Shown one piece after another: positions 1 to 9,181 of a DNA stretch of 64,000 nt. Every line of letters starts with the position of its first letter. Position 1 is the stretch's first letter. Position numbers and translations under genes: made by a program. The notes beneath the pieces are model-generated. The model was not told where the DNA came from. It searched no databases and worked only from the letters and a program-made list of their open reading frames with translations. The DNA comes from Candidatus Latescibacterota bacterium (GTDB taxonomy: Bacteria > Latescibacterota > UBA2968 > UBA8231): the NCBI GenBank assembly GCA_965215195.1, contig CBDCDC010000002.1:3808001-3872000 (forward strand). The letters are read 5' to 3'.

Positions 1-552
1 GAAGCGGTCGCCGAAGGAGGTGCCGCGGAAGTTGGGAATACTGTCGTAATTGAGCCGACTGACCATCAGGAAGGACAGCACTAAAATCAGCAGCACGGCC
101 AGCGGCGCGGCGTGGGGGATGGGCCACGCTTTGACCAAGACCACGTATTGGGTGAGGCAGACCGCGGCCGTGGGAATGGCCAGCCCCATGTAAAATTCGC
201 CGCGCTCGCCCTCTAGGCTGAGCGTGTTGAAGCGGGCGAGGCGCATAGCACCGCACAGCAGGTACGCGAAGGCCAGCGCCAGCCCCCAGCCGGTGGGCAG
301 GTGGGCCTGATAGATGATGGCAGCGGGCACGATGCCAAAGGTACAGGCATCGACAATGGAGTCGAAGTGGAGCCCAAATTGGGAGTTGCGTCCCATAATC
401 CGGGCGAGTTGGCCATCCATTTTGTCGAATACCGCGCCCAAGAAGATGAGCCAAGCGGCTGGCACATAGTTGTCGTTAAAGGCGTAGTGCAAGGCGAGGA
501 ACCCGCACAACAGGTTGCCGATGGTGAGCGCGTTGGGTATGAACTGCCTCAT
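1..552 (-). CDS. pssA: CDP-diacylglycerol--serine O-phosphatidyltransferase (3' end outside window)
   Basis: Manual translation from the ATG at 552: MRQFIPNALTIGNLLCGF...FDKMDGQLAR...FGLHFDSIVDACTFG, the CDP-alcohol phosphatidyltransferase motif. Not in the ORF track because it runs off the window. Confidence 0.85.
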   Translation of the reverse strand, partial: MRQFIPNALTIGNLLCGFLALHYAFNDNYVPAAWLIFLGAVFDKMDGQLARIMGRNSQFGLHFDSIVDACTFGIVPAAIIYQAHLPTGWGLALAFAYLLCGAMRLARFNTLSLEGERGEFYMGLAIPTAAVCLTQYVVLVKAWPIPHAAPLAVLLILVLSFLMVSRLNYDSIPNFRGTSFGDRF

Positions 553-571
553 TTTCGCATCCTTCCTGCCG

Positions 572-1675
572 CTAGCGCCGCGTCCGGTAGGGACGCTCTT
601 CAAGGGTCAGGTCTAGGTTGTAGTGTTCGTTGTGGCGCACCACGCCGAGCGCGGCGACTTCGCCGACGCGCAAGACGCGCAAGACGCCAATAGCCTCGTC
701 GGCACTGCGGATCTTCTCGTCGTTGACCGCGACGATCACATCGCCGCTTTCGAGGCCGGCTAGTTCGGCCGGACTGTCGCGGGCCACCCTGACGACTAGG
801 GCCCCGTCGGTGGAATTGAGCCTTAGGTACTCGGCTAGATTCGGGGTGATGTCTTGGACGGACAGGATGCCGGTCCAAGCGCGGCGCACTTGGCCGTGCT
901 GGCGAATTTCCTCCAAGAAGCTCGCGGCCGTGTCAATGGGAATGGCGAAGCCAATGCCGATAGAGCCGCTGTCGTACTCGCTGCCGGTGTAGATAAAGCT
1001 GTTGATGCCGATGACCTCGCCGTCGGCATTGACGAGGGGACCGCCGCTATTGCCTCTATTGATGGCCGCATCGGTCTGAATCATGTCTCGGTAGTAGTAA
1101 TCGCCTTGGGGTTCGGAAAAGTCGCGATCTAGGGCACTGACGACGCCGATGCTGACGGTAGGCCCCAAATCAAAGGGGTTGCCAATGGCAATGGCCCATT
1201 CGCCGACGAGAATATCGCCCGAAGTGCCGAGGGGCGCAACCGGCAGGTCGCCTTCATCTACCTTGAGGACGGCGAGGTCGAAGTTGAAGTCGGAGGCCAC
1301 GTAGCGGGCCTCAAAGGTGCGGCCATCGGGCTCGGGTAACGAGGCCGTGATCTTCTGTAGCTGGCGCGGATCGCCGACGACGTGGCTATTGGTGAGAATG
1401 TAGCCCTCGCCATCGACGACAAATCCCGAGCCGGTGGACATGCGGTGTTGATCTTGGGGCACGTAGTAGAATGGCGAGAAAAAGTTCCAAAAAGGGTCGC
1501 CGCGATGCCGGTATAGATTATAGATGCGCTGTCGGTAGCGCACGTGGAGGCTGACGACCGAGGGCTGCACCCGCTCCACGGCCCGCACTACGGCCGTGCG
1601 GCGCGACTCCTCAATGGACGCGCCGGCATGGCTCAGGGCCAATGCCAGCAGAGCGAGTGAGCATGTAAAGCGCAA
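572..1675 (-). CDS. HtrA/DegP-family serine protease with one PDZ domain
   Basis: GSGF, TNSHV, DLAVL and INRGNSGG catalytic motifs; C-terminal PDZ (SPAELAGL). Start moved to TTG 1675 (GAGG RBS, signal peptide follows). Confidence 0.9.
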   Translation of the reverse strand: MRFTCSLALLALALSHAGASIEESRRTAVVRAVERVQPSVVSLHVRYRQRIYNLYRHRGDPFWNFFSPFYYVPQDQHRMSTGSGFVVDGEGYILTNSHVVGDPRQLQKITASLPEPDGRTFEARYVASDFNFDLAVLKVDEGDLPVAPLGTSGDILVGEWAIAIGNPFDLGPTVSIGVVSALDRDFSEPQGDYYYRDMIQTDAAINRGNSGGPLVNADGEVIGINSFIYTGSEYDSGSIGIGFAIPIDTAASFLEEIRQHGQVRRAWTGILSVQDITPNLAEYLRLNSTDGALVVRVARDSPAELAGLESGDVIVAVNDEKIRSADEAIGVLRVLRVGEVAALGVVRHNEHYNLDLTLEERPYRTRR

Positions 1676-1772
1676 GGTTGTACCTCGAAAAATGAAGTTC
1701 GCTAACGACAAGTAATATATATAATAATCATACACATAGTTGCAAGTATTGCACGGCAGGTGCCCAGTCCCG

Positions 1773-2078
1773 CTAGCCCGGCACTGGGCCGCCCAGGCCA
1801 AGGATTGCATCAAAGCTATCGCTTTTGGCGGCCTTATTCCTTTTGGTCATGCCACATGTGGTGCAGCGGTGGACGAGGATGTAATCGCCGCGTCTGATGG
1901 TAAACCCCACCGGCTCCATCAAGCCGCGACAGGGCTCGGCGCGATCGCCTGGGTGTACATCGACGTGTTGGCTCCACAGGCATTGGGGGCAGTGATTGGT
2001 GTACCCATTGCCCCGCACGTGGAAGCCGCAATGTCCGCAGGTAAAATTTTCAATGTGCCGCTGGAATTTTTTGCGCAT
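1773..2078 (-). CDS. RNHCP-domain protein
   Basis: FTCGHCG...TNHCPQCLWSQHVD...PGDRA..C.G.M...HRC..CG pattern. Confidence 0.85.
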   Translation of the reverse strand: MRKKFQRHIENFTCGHCGFHVRGNGYTNHCPQCLWSQHVDVHPGDRAEPCRGLMEPVGFTIRRGDYILVHRCTTCGMTKRNKAAKSDSFDAILGLGGPVPG

Positions 2079-2083
2079 TGGGG

Positions 2084-2842
2084 CTAGGCCATTTCCGCGC
2101 TAAAACGGTTATCCGGGTACGCCACCCACAGCAGGCAGAGGCCGCACGCCGGGGCTGTGGGGCCGGCCGCGGTGCGGTCGCCGCTGGCGAGCAGGTCGTC
2201 CATGGCCGCTGGCGGCCTCGTGCCGCGGCCAATTTCGACCATGGTGCCGACGAGGATCCGCACCATGTGGCGGAGGAAGCGGTTGGCCTCGATTTCAAAG
2301 ACCAGCTCGGGGCCGCGCTGGAACCAGGCCGCGTCGAAGATTCGGCATGTCAGGTGCTCGGGGATGGGATCCTGTTTGCAAAAGGCCCCAAAAGCGCGTT
2401 CGCCGCCGAGCGTGTGCGCGGCCGCGGCCATGGGGGCCAAAGACAGTGCCGCATAATAGGTCCACACCTGAGTGCGGTTGACGGCCGCCTTGCCTTGGTG
2501 AATGCGGTAGCGATAGCGCTTGCGGGTCGCGCTGTAGCGGGCGTGAAAGTCCGCGGCGACTTCGTCAGCGGTGCGCACGGCAATGTCTGGGGGCAATAGG
2601 CCGTTGAGGCTGCGGACCAGCCGGGCGGTGGGCAGTGCGGCCTCGGTCTGGAAATGAGCCACCTGCCCGAGGGCGTGGGTGCCGGCGTCCGTGCGACCGG
2701 CGCCGATGAGGCGGATCGGCTCTTTGAGCAGGATGTGCAAAGCTCGTTCGAGCGCGTCTTGCACGGTGCGGCCGCTCTTTTGGCTCTGCCAGCCGACAAA
2801 GTGGGTGCCGTCGTATTCGATTACCAAGCGCAGAGTTCGCAT
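2084..2842 (-). CDS. truA: tRNA pseudouridine(38-40) synthase
   Basis: YDGT.F.GWQ, GAGRTDAGTHA, FHARYSA, FLRHMVRILVG. Confidence 0.95.
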   Translation of the reverse strand: MRTLRLVIEYDGTHFVGWQSQKSGRTVQDALERALHILLKEPIRLIGAGRTDAGTHALGQVAHFQTEAALPTARLVRSLNGLLPPDIAVRTADEVAADFHARYSATRKRYRYRIHQGKAAVNRTQVWTYYAALSLAPMAAAAHTLGGERAFGAFCKQDPIPEHLTCRIFDAAWFQRGPELVFEIEANRFLRHMVRILVGTMVEIGRGTRPPAAMDDLLASGDRTAAGPTAPACGLCLLWVAYPDNRFSAEMA

Positions 2843-2850
2843 TGCCCTAA

Positions 2851-2982
2851 GAAGCGGTCTGAAAATTCCGGGTATCGTCCCTTGTATGAGGATCGAGGGC
2901 GTCTCGCCCTCGCAAAACGCTCCCTCCGAGGGCCTCTCAACCGCTGCTCAACGCGGTTCGCCGAGGGTTTGCAGACTGCTTC
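2851..2982. mobile_element. 132-bp MITE with IS5/IS1031-like ends
   Basis: Terminal inverted repeats GAAGCGGTCTGAAAA and reverse complement GAAGCAGTCTGCAAA (13/15). Flanked by TAA at 2848-2850 and 2983-2985. Internal hairpin GAGGGCGTCTCGCCCTC. Confidence 0.75.
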
Positions 2983-3824
2983 TAACGCAGATAGTACATG
3001 AGCGCGACCAAGCCTAGGGCGGCCAAGGCCGATAGATAGTCGGCGCGGCCAAAGCGCAGCGGGCGGTAGTGGGTGCGCTCGGCCCCGCTGGCGTAGCAGC
3101 GGCTCTCCATGGCCAAGGCGAGGCGGTCGGCGCGACCGCAGGCCGCGACGAGGAGGGGCACGAGGAGGGGCACGAGGTTTTTGCTGCGGCGCAGAAAAGG
3201 ACCGCTAAAGTCGGCCCCGCGCGCTAGTTGGGCCTTGTGCAGGCGCTCGGCTTCGTCGAGGAGCACGGGAATGAACCGCAGGGCAATGGAGATCATCAGC
3301 GCCATGTCGCCGGCCGGAAAGCCGAAGCGGCGCAAAGGGCTGAAGAGGTGCTCCAAGCCACGGGTTATCTCCATCGGTGCGGTCGCGAGCGTCAAGAGCG
3401 TGGCCGCGACAATGGCCGCGGCTAGCCGCGCAGTGAAGAAGGCCCCCAAGCGCAGGCCCTCGGCGGTTAGAACGTGCTCGGAAAAGGGCAACGGCAAGAC
3501 GGGCCGGCCAGGTGTGAGCAGCGCGTGGAGGCCAAAGGTGAACAGGAAGAGCCAAGCAAAGGTTTTGAACTGGCGCAGCACGAGGCGCCAAGGCACCCGC
3601 GCCAAGGCGGTGGCCCCAAGCAGGAAGGCCCCAAGCAGCAGTAGGGCGAGTGCGTTGGACGCTGCAAAAGCCGCCAGCGTCAGCGCGCAAACGGCCCCCA
3701 ACTTGGTGCGCGGATCGAGGCGGTGAATCGGCGAGTCGAGCGCGATATAGCGGCCGAGTGCAATGTCCGGCAAAAAGGCCAAGGCGCTAGGGCAAGAAGC
3801 GGTTGGTGAAGACTGTTGCGGCAT
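2982..3824 (-). CDS. ecfT: Energy-coupling factor transporter transmembrane component T
   Basis: SPIHRLDPRTK, ALRFIP, AQLARG and AMESRCY (the two Arg motifs of EcfT). Start is approximate. Confidence 0.9.
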   Translation of the reverse strand: MPQQSSPTASCPSALAFLPDIALGRYIALDSPIHRLDPRTKLGAVCALTLAAFAASNALALLLLGAFLLGATALARVPWRLVLRQFKTFAWLFLFTFGLHALLTPGRPVLPLPFSEHVLTAEGLRLGAFFTARLAAAIVAATLLTLATAPMEITRGLEHLFSPLRRFGFPAGDMALMISIALRFIPVLLDEAERLHKAQLARGADFSGPFLRRSKNLVPLLVPLLVAACGRADRLALAMESRCYASGAERTHYRPLRFGRADYLSALAALGLVALMYYLR

Positions 3825-4734
3825 CCACGACCCCGTCTTTGATCAGGCCAGCGGCCACCATTTGTTCCAATAGCTCCTGCCAGCGCTGTAGGGTCATGCT
3901 GCCGAGGCTGTTTTGTCGGGCGACCGGATCGAGAACCATGGCGACGGATTCGGCGGCACCATAGGCGAGAATGTCCATGCCCATCTCGGGGTTGAGCCCG
4001 TTGATGTGGCGATTGGTCGCTTCTGGCGCGGCGAGGTATTGCTCCCAGCCCTTGACGCTGGCGCGGACTACGGCACCGACGATCTCCGGCTCGGCGGCGA
4101 TGCGCTCTTCAGTGGCGATGAGTACGCTGGCATAGGGGTTGAAGCCGGTGTCGGCTACGAGCAGGGCCTTGGGATCGCCGCCTTTGACCTTGGCGACGAA
4201 AGGCTCGCTGAAGACATAAGCCTGTTGGGCGAAATTCTCGTCCGCGAGGAATTGGGCCACATTGCCGGGGTACGGGACGATTTTGACGCCTGCAAACGGG
4301 TATTTCCAGCGCAGATAGTGCGAGAAGGCCGGGCGCTGCGACAGGGCCAAGGTCATGTTTTTGATTTGCGAAATGGAGTCGATCCCCGCGCTCTCGTGGA
4401 CCATGATGCAGTGCGGGCTGATCTGGTAGGACGCCATGAGCGCGACCACTGGAATCTGTTGGGCGCGGGCGTACAGGATGTCGTCGGCATTGACTATGCC
4501 AAAGGCCACCGCGCCAGTGGCCACGCGCTGGACGACCGGCGCGTCCGGGCCGCCGCCGAGGACTTCGACCTCAACGCCGCTTTCCTCGTAGTAACCGTGG
4601 ACTACGGCCGCGTACAAGCCGCCGTGTTCGGCTTCTGGGAACCAGTTGAGCGCGAGTTGGATGGCCTCTTCAGAGGCGCAGGCATTGAGCCACAAGAGGG
4701 CGATGAGAAGCGAGTATTTCACAATTCCTTTCAC
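3787..4734 (-). CDS. ABC transporter substrate-binding protein, NMT1/THI5-like lipoprotein
   Basis: LNWFPEAEHGG.YAA...GYY motif; N-terminal lipobox-like LNAC. Confidence 0.85.
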   Translation of the reverse strand: MKGIVKYSLLIALLWLNACASEEAIQLALNWFPEAEHGGLYAAVVHGYYEESGVEVEVLGGGPDAPVVQRVATGAVAFGIVNADDILYARAQQIPVVALMASYQISPHCIMVHESAGIDSISQIKNMTLALSQRPAFSHYLRWKYPFAGVKIVPYPGNVAQFLADENFAQQAYVFSEPFVAKVKGGDPKALLVADTGFNPYASVLIATEERIAAEPEIVGAVVRASVKGWEQYLAAPEATNRHINGLNPEMGMDILAYGAAESVAMVLDPVARQNSLGSMTLQRWQELLEQMVAAGLIKDGVVDAATVFTNRFLP

Positions 4735-4852
4735 CAGGGCCGCAGGGTTAGCTTGTGGGCGAGCGAGGGGTCGTCGCCAGCAGGAGCCAGCGGCGAGCTT
4801 CGTCGACGAGCGCGGGGTCGTTCATAGCTTTTGCAAACGGGCGTCCCGCCAT

Positions 4853-5635
4853 TTACTCGGGCGCACCCGTCCAGCGCCTGAGCAAGAAAGTACTCAAGCT
4901 GCCCACGGCGGTAAATAGCCCCAAGCCGAGCAACGTGCAAAACAGAATGCAGGCGAAGAGGTAGTCGGTTTTGGCTTGGCCGTTGGTGAGGATGATCAAG
5001 TAGCCGAGGCCAAAGTCCTCGGTGCCGTAGCCGGCGAAGAACTCGCCGACAATTGCGCCGATGACCGACAGGCCGCTGGAGATGCGGGCCCCGACGAGCA
5101 TCTGGGGTACGGCCCCGGGGACGCGGAGCTTGAACAGCACCTGCCAGCGGCTGGCCTTGTTGAGGGCGAAGAAGTCGAGGAGGTGAGGATCGACGCGAGT
5201 CAGGCCGTCAGTGGTATTGGCGATGACCGGGAAGAGGGCGATGATGAAAGAGACGGCCACCACGCCTTGGAGGCCGTAGCCGATCCACAGGATGATCAGG
5301 GGCGCGATGGCTACGATGGGCATGGTTTGCAAAAAGATCGCGTAGGGGTAGAGGCTGCGCTCGATGAAGCGCGACTGGGAAAACAGCAGGGCCACCAAGA
5401 AGCCAAAGGCAAAGCTGAGGGCAAAGCCCAAGAGGGCACCCGAGGCCGTCAGCAGGGTAGCCGACAGCAGGCGCGGCAAGTTGTCGGCTACGGCCCGGGC
5501 CACGAGCAAGGGACCGGGCAGTAGAAAAGGCTCGACCGCGAGGAGTGCGACCGCGGCTTGCCAAGCGCACAGGACCAAGGCGAAGAACAGCAGTGGGGGC
5601 AGGGCATTGGCCGCGAGGGAGCGCAGTCGTCTCAT
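4853..5635 (-). CDS. ABC transporter permease (SsuC/TauC-like)
   Basis: QTMPIVAIAPLII, GAIVGEF, hydrophobic helices. Confidence 0.88.
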   Translation of the reverse strand: MRRLRSLAANALPPLLFFALVLCAWQAAVALLAVEPFLLPGPLLVARAVADNLPRLLSATLLTASGALLGFALSFAFGFLVALLFSQSRFIERSLYPYAIFLQTMPIVAIAPLIILWIGYGLQGVVAVSFIIALFPVIANTTDGLTRVDPHLLDFFALNKASRWQVLFKLRVPGAVPQMLVGARISSGLSVIGAIVGEFFAGYGTEDFGLGYLIILTNGQAKTDYLFACILFCTLLGLGLFTAVGSLSTFLLRRWTGAPE

Positions 5636-6372
5636 GCGGCATCAGCGCGGGCGAGCTGGCGCGAAATCCCGTTGGCTAGGTGGCTGAATTCAGGGGCGCT
5701 GCGCAAGTGCGCTGAGCGCGGATAGGGAAACGGGATGGGGATGTCGGCGAGGATGCGGCCGGGCCGTGCGCTCATCACGAGAACCCGCTGGCTGAGAAAG
5801 ACGGCTTCGGAGACGCTGTGCGTGACGAAGAGGCCGGTCCAGCGATCTTCCTGCCACAGGCGCAGCAGCTCCTCGTTGAGCCGCTGACGGGTGATTTCGT
5901 CGAGCGCAGCAAAAGGCTCGTCGAGGAGTAGGATCTGGGGGCGCGTCACCAAGGCGCGGGCAATGGAGACCCGCATGCGCATGCCGCCGGAGAGTTGGGC
6001 CGGGTACGCAGCGGCAAAGTCGGTTAGGCCAACCAGTTCAAGCGTCTGGGCGACGCGCTCGGCCGCGACCTCGCGGCGCAGCTCTAAGGGGAGGGCGATG
6101 TTGTGCGCGACCGACCGCCAAGGCAGCAGGGTGGCGTCTTGGAAGACGAAGGCAAGGCCGAGCGGGTCGCGGCCATCCACGCGCAGGGCGCCGCTCGTGG
6201 GCGCGTCGAGGCCGGCTACGAGGCGGAGGAAGGTGGATTTGCCGCAGCCGGAAGGGCCGACTATGGAGGCGAATTGACCGCGGCCAATCTCCAAATTGAG
6301 TTCGCGCAGGGCTTGCACCCCGGAGGGGAAGCACTTGGCGAGGCCCGAGGCGACGACGAGTTGAGGCTCCAT
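5632..6372 (-). CDS. ABC transporter ATP-binding protein (SsuB/TauB-like)
   Basis: GPSGCGKST, LSGGMR, LLLDEPF, FVTH. Confidence 0.92.
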   Translation of the reverse strand: MEPQLVVASGLAKCFPSGVQALRELNLEIGRGQFASIVGPSGCGKSTFLRLVAGLDAPTSGALRVDGRDPLGLAFVFQDATLLPWRSVAHNIALPLELRREVAAERVAQTLELVGLTDFAAAYPAQLSGGMRMRVSIARALVTRPQILLLDEPFAALDEITRQRLNEELLRLWQEDRWTGLFVTHSVSEAVFLSQRVLVMSARPGRILADIPIPFPYPRSAHLRSAPEFSHLANGISRQLARADAA

Positions 6373-7299
6373 TTAACCTCGGGGGTGGTAGGTCTTGTGG
6401 ATCTCTTTGAGGTAGCTGAGGTCGAGGTGCGTGTAGATCTGGGTGGTGGAGATGTCGGCGTGGCCCAACAGCTCCTGCACTACGCGGAGATTGGCACCGC
6501 CTTCTAACAGATGCGTGGCAAAGGAATGGCGCAGGGTGTGGGGGCTAATTTCCTTGCCGATGCGCGCTTTGTCGCCGGCGATTTTGATGATCTTCCACAC
6601 GCTCATCCGCGACAGCGGGCCGCCTTGGGCGTTGAGAAAGACGTGGTCGCTCGAGTCGGGACGAGCGAGGTGGGGGCGGCCTTGGCGCAGGTAGCGTTTG
6701 AGCATGCGGACGTCTTTGGCTGCGATGGGCACGATGCGCTCGCGCCGGCCGCGGACGTGGACGAGACCCCGCTCTAGCAGCAAGGCTGTCTGTTGCAGGG
6801 CGGTCAGCTCGGAGACGCGGATGCCGGTGGCGTAGAGCACGGCGAGGATGGCCCGGTCGCGCTGGCCCAGCGGCTCGTCCGGGTCGGGCGCAGCAAGCAG
6901 GGCGGCGATGTCCTCAACCGAGAGTACGTCGGGCAGGCGGCGCTCCAGTTTGGGCGGGTCGAGGAGTTCGGCCGGGTTGTGGGTCGTTGCGCCTTGGACC
7001 AGCAAATACTGGTGGAAGCGCTTTATCGAGGTGAGGTTGCGGGCCATGGTGGAAGGGGTGAGGCCGGCGTCGCGCAGTGAGTGGAGCAAATGGGCGATGT
7101 GCTGGTGTTGGACAGCTTCTAGGTGCTCAATGTCTTGGGCGGCCAGGTGGTGCAGATAGCGGTGGAGGTCGCGGCGATAGGCGTCGAGGGTATTGGCCGC
7201 TAGCCCATTGTCGCGCTCCATGGCCTTGAGGAAGCGCTCGCAGGGGATGGACAGGGCCGCTGGCAGCGGGCGCTCAGGAGTGAATTTCGGGCGGGCCAT
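6373..7299 (-). CDS. xerD: Site-specific tyrosine recombinase XerD
   Basis: NTLDAYRRDL, TGIRVSEL, HTLRHSFATHLL, LGHADISTTQIY, YHPR. Start set at MARPKF (7299). Confidence 0.85.
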   Translation of the reverse strand: MARPKFTPERPLPAALSIPCERFLKAMERDNGLAANTLDAYRRDLHRYLHHLAAQDIEHLEAVQHQHIAHLLHSLRDAGLTPSTMARNLTSIKRFHQYLLVQGATTHNPAELLDPPKLERRLPDVLSVEDIAALLAAPDPDEPLGQRDRAILAVLYATGIRVSELTALQQTALLLERGLVHVRGRRERIVPIAAKDVRMLKRYLRQGRPHLARPDSSDHVFLNAQGGPLSRMSVWKIIKIAGDKARIGKEISPHTLRHSFATHLLEGGANLRVVQELLGHADISTTQIYTHLDLSYLKEIHKTYHPRG

Positions 7300-9124
7300 G
7301 ATCCGGGCCGTTGAGATGGGCGAGCAAGGCGTCGGCTTGTTTGCGGCTGAAGCCGGGGAGGGCGGCGATTTGCTCGGCTGGCGCAGCCGCGATGCGCTTG
7401 ACCGAGCCAAAGGCGAGGAGCAGTGCCCTGCGCTTTTGCGGGCCGATGCCGGGGACGTGATCCAAAGCCGAGCTCAGCGTGCTCTTGGCGCGTTGCTGGC
7501 GGTGGTTTTTGAGCGCGAAGCGGTGGGCTTCGTCGCGCAGCATCTGCAATAGGCGCAGGCTGGCCGAGGTCTTGGGCAGCAGCAGAGGATCGCGCTGGTC
7601 CGGCCGGAAGACTTCCTCGAATCGCTTGGCAAGGCCGACGACGGGTTGTTCTGCCATATCTAGCTCGCGCAGGGCGGCGACCGCACTGGTAAGTTGGCCC
7701 GGCCCGCCGTCGATGAGCAGCAAATCGGGCCGCGGCTCGTTGCGCTCGGCAAGGCCGCGGAAGCGGCGATGGACCACTTGGTGGATGGCGGCGTAGTCGT
7801 CGGGCTGGGCGAGATCGCGGATCTTGAAGTAGCGATACTGGCTGCGCTTGGCCCGGCCGTCGATAAAGCAGACCACCGAGCCGACCGGGTGTGCGCCTTG
7901 GAAGGTGGAGATGTCGATGCCTTCGATGTGGCGGGGCGGACCCGCTAGCTGCAAGTCGCGCTGGAGGGCATAGACCGATTGGGGGATGCGGTCGCGCTTC
8001 ATCTCGCGCTTGTGCTGGCGTTCGGCGAGCATCTGGGCGGCGTTTTTGGCGGCCATGTCCAGCATCTGCGCCTTGGCACCGCGCTGGGGGGTGGCCAACC
8101 CGACCTTGCCGTCGGCCTTTTGCGACAGCCAAGCGGCCACGGCGTCGGCATCGGCTAGCTGGGCCGGCAGGTGGATTTCGGGCGGGACAAAGTCGTTTTG
8201 CAGGTAGAATTGCCGCGCAAAGGCCGAGAGGATTTCCCCGTCTGAGGACTCCATGACCCCGCCGAGGAAGTGGTGCTTTTTGCCGAGCAAGCGGCCCTCG
8301 CGGATTTCGAGGACGCTGCAACAGGCTTCGTCATCGCTGCGGGCCATGCCGAGGACGTCGCGGTCAACCGGGCTGTCGAGGACGACCTTCTGGCGCGCGC
8401 ACATGGATTCTAGTGCTTGGATCTGGTCGCGGTAGCGGGCTGCTTTCTCGTAGCGCATGTCCTCGGCGGCTTCGCTCATGCGCTTTTGCAACTCGCGGAT
8501 CACTTCGGCGTTCTGGCCGCGCAAAAAGCGCACGGCCCGCTCGACGGTTTTGCGGTAGTCGTTGGCCGAGACGAGGTTTTCGCAGGGGCCTTCGCAGCGC
8601 TTGATGTGGTATTCGAGGCACAGCGGCACCTTGTCTGAGGGCAACTGGGCGTTGCAGGAGCGGATGGGAAAGACCTTGCGCAGCATGTCGAGGGTAGTGT
8701 ACATGGCGCGGACGTTGCTGTACGGGCCGAGGTAGCGCGAGCCGTCGCGGACCACGTCGCGGGTGGCGAAGATGCGGGGGAAAGGCTCGGCTGTGATGCG
8801 GATGTAAGGGTATTTCTTGTCGTCTTTGAGCAGGATGTTGTAGCGCGGTTTGTGCGTGCGGATTTGGGTGGCTTCGAGGATGAGGGCCTCTTGCTCGCTA
8901 CTCGTTACGATGTAGTCGATATCGGCGATGTTGCGGACCAAGGCTTTGAACTGACGCCGGCCATCGCCGCCCGAGGTGCGAAAGTACGAGCGCACCCGGT
9001 CGCGCAGGCTTTTGGCCTTGCCGATGTAGATGATCTGCCCGTCGCGCCTTTTCATCATATAGACGCCGGATTCGTTGGGCAGGGCGTCGAGTTTGAGGCG
9101 CAGATCTTCGGAGAGGTTCTTCAT
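7274..9124 (-). CDS. uvrC: Excinuclease ABC subunit C
   Basis: GIY-YIG (GVY..IYIGKA), KPRYN, IDGG.GQL, RDEAHRFA, C-terminal HhH. Confidence 0.97.
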   Translation of the reverse strand: MKNLSEDLRLKLDALPNESGVYMMKRRDGQIIYIGKAKSLRDRVRSYFRTSGGDGRRQFKALVRNIADIDYIVTSSEQEALILEATQIRTHKPRYNILLKDDKKYPYIRITAEPFPRIFATRDVVRDGSRYLGPYSNVRAMYTTLDMLRKVFPIRSCNAQLPSDKVPLCLEYHIKRCEGPCENLVSANDYRKTVERAVRFLRGQNAEVIRELQKRMSEAAEDMRYEKAARYRDQIQALESMCARQKVVLDSPVDRDVLGMARSDDEACCSVLEIREGRLLGKKHHFLGGVMESSDGEILSAFARQFYLQNDFVPPEIHLPAQLADADAVAAWLSQKADGKVGLATPQRGAKAQMLDMAAKNAAQMLAERQHKREMKRDRIPQSVYALQRDLQLAGPPRHIEGIDISTFQGAHPVGSVVCFIDGRAKRSQYRYFKIRDLAQPDDYAAIHQVVHRRFRGLAERNEPRPDLLLIDGGPGQLTSAVAALRELDMAEQPVVGLAKRFEEVFRPDQRDPLLLPKTSASLRLLQMLRDEAHRFALKNHRQQRAKSTLSSALDHVPGIGPQKRRALLLAFGSVKRIAAAPAEQIAALPGFSRKQADALLAHLNGPDHGPPEIHS

Positions 9125-9181
9125 CAGAAAGAGATGCAGGTTGACATATTGCAACGAGAATATGCGTTTTGCCGGGCCGCG

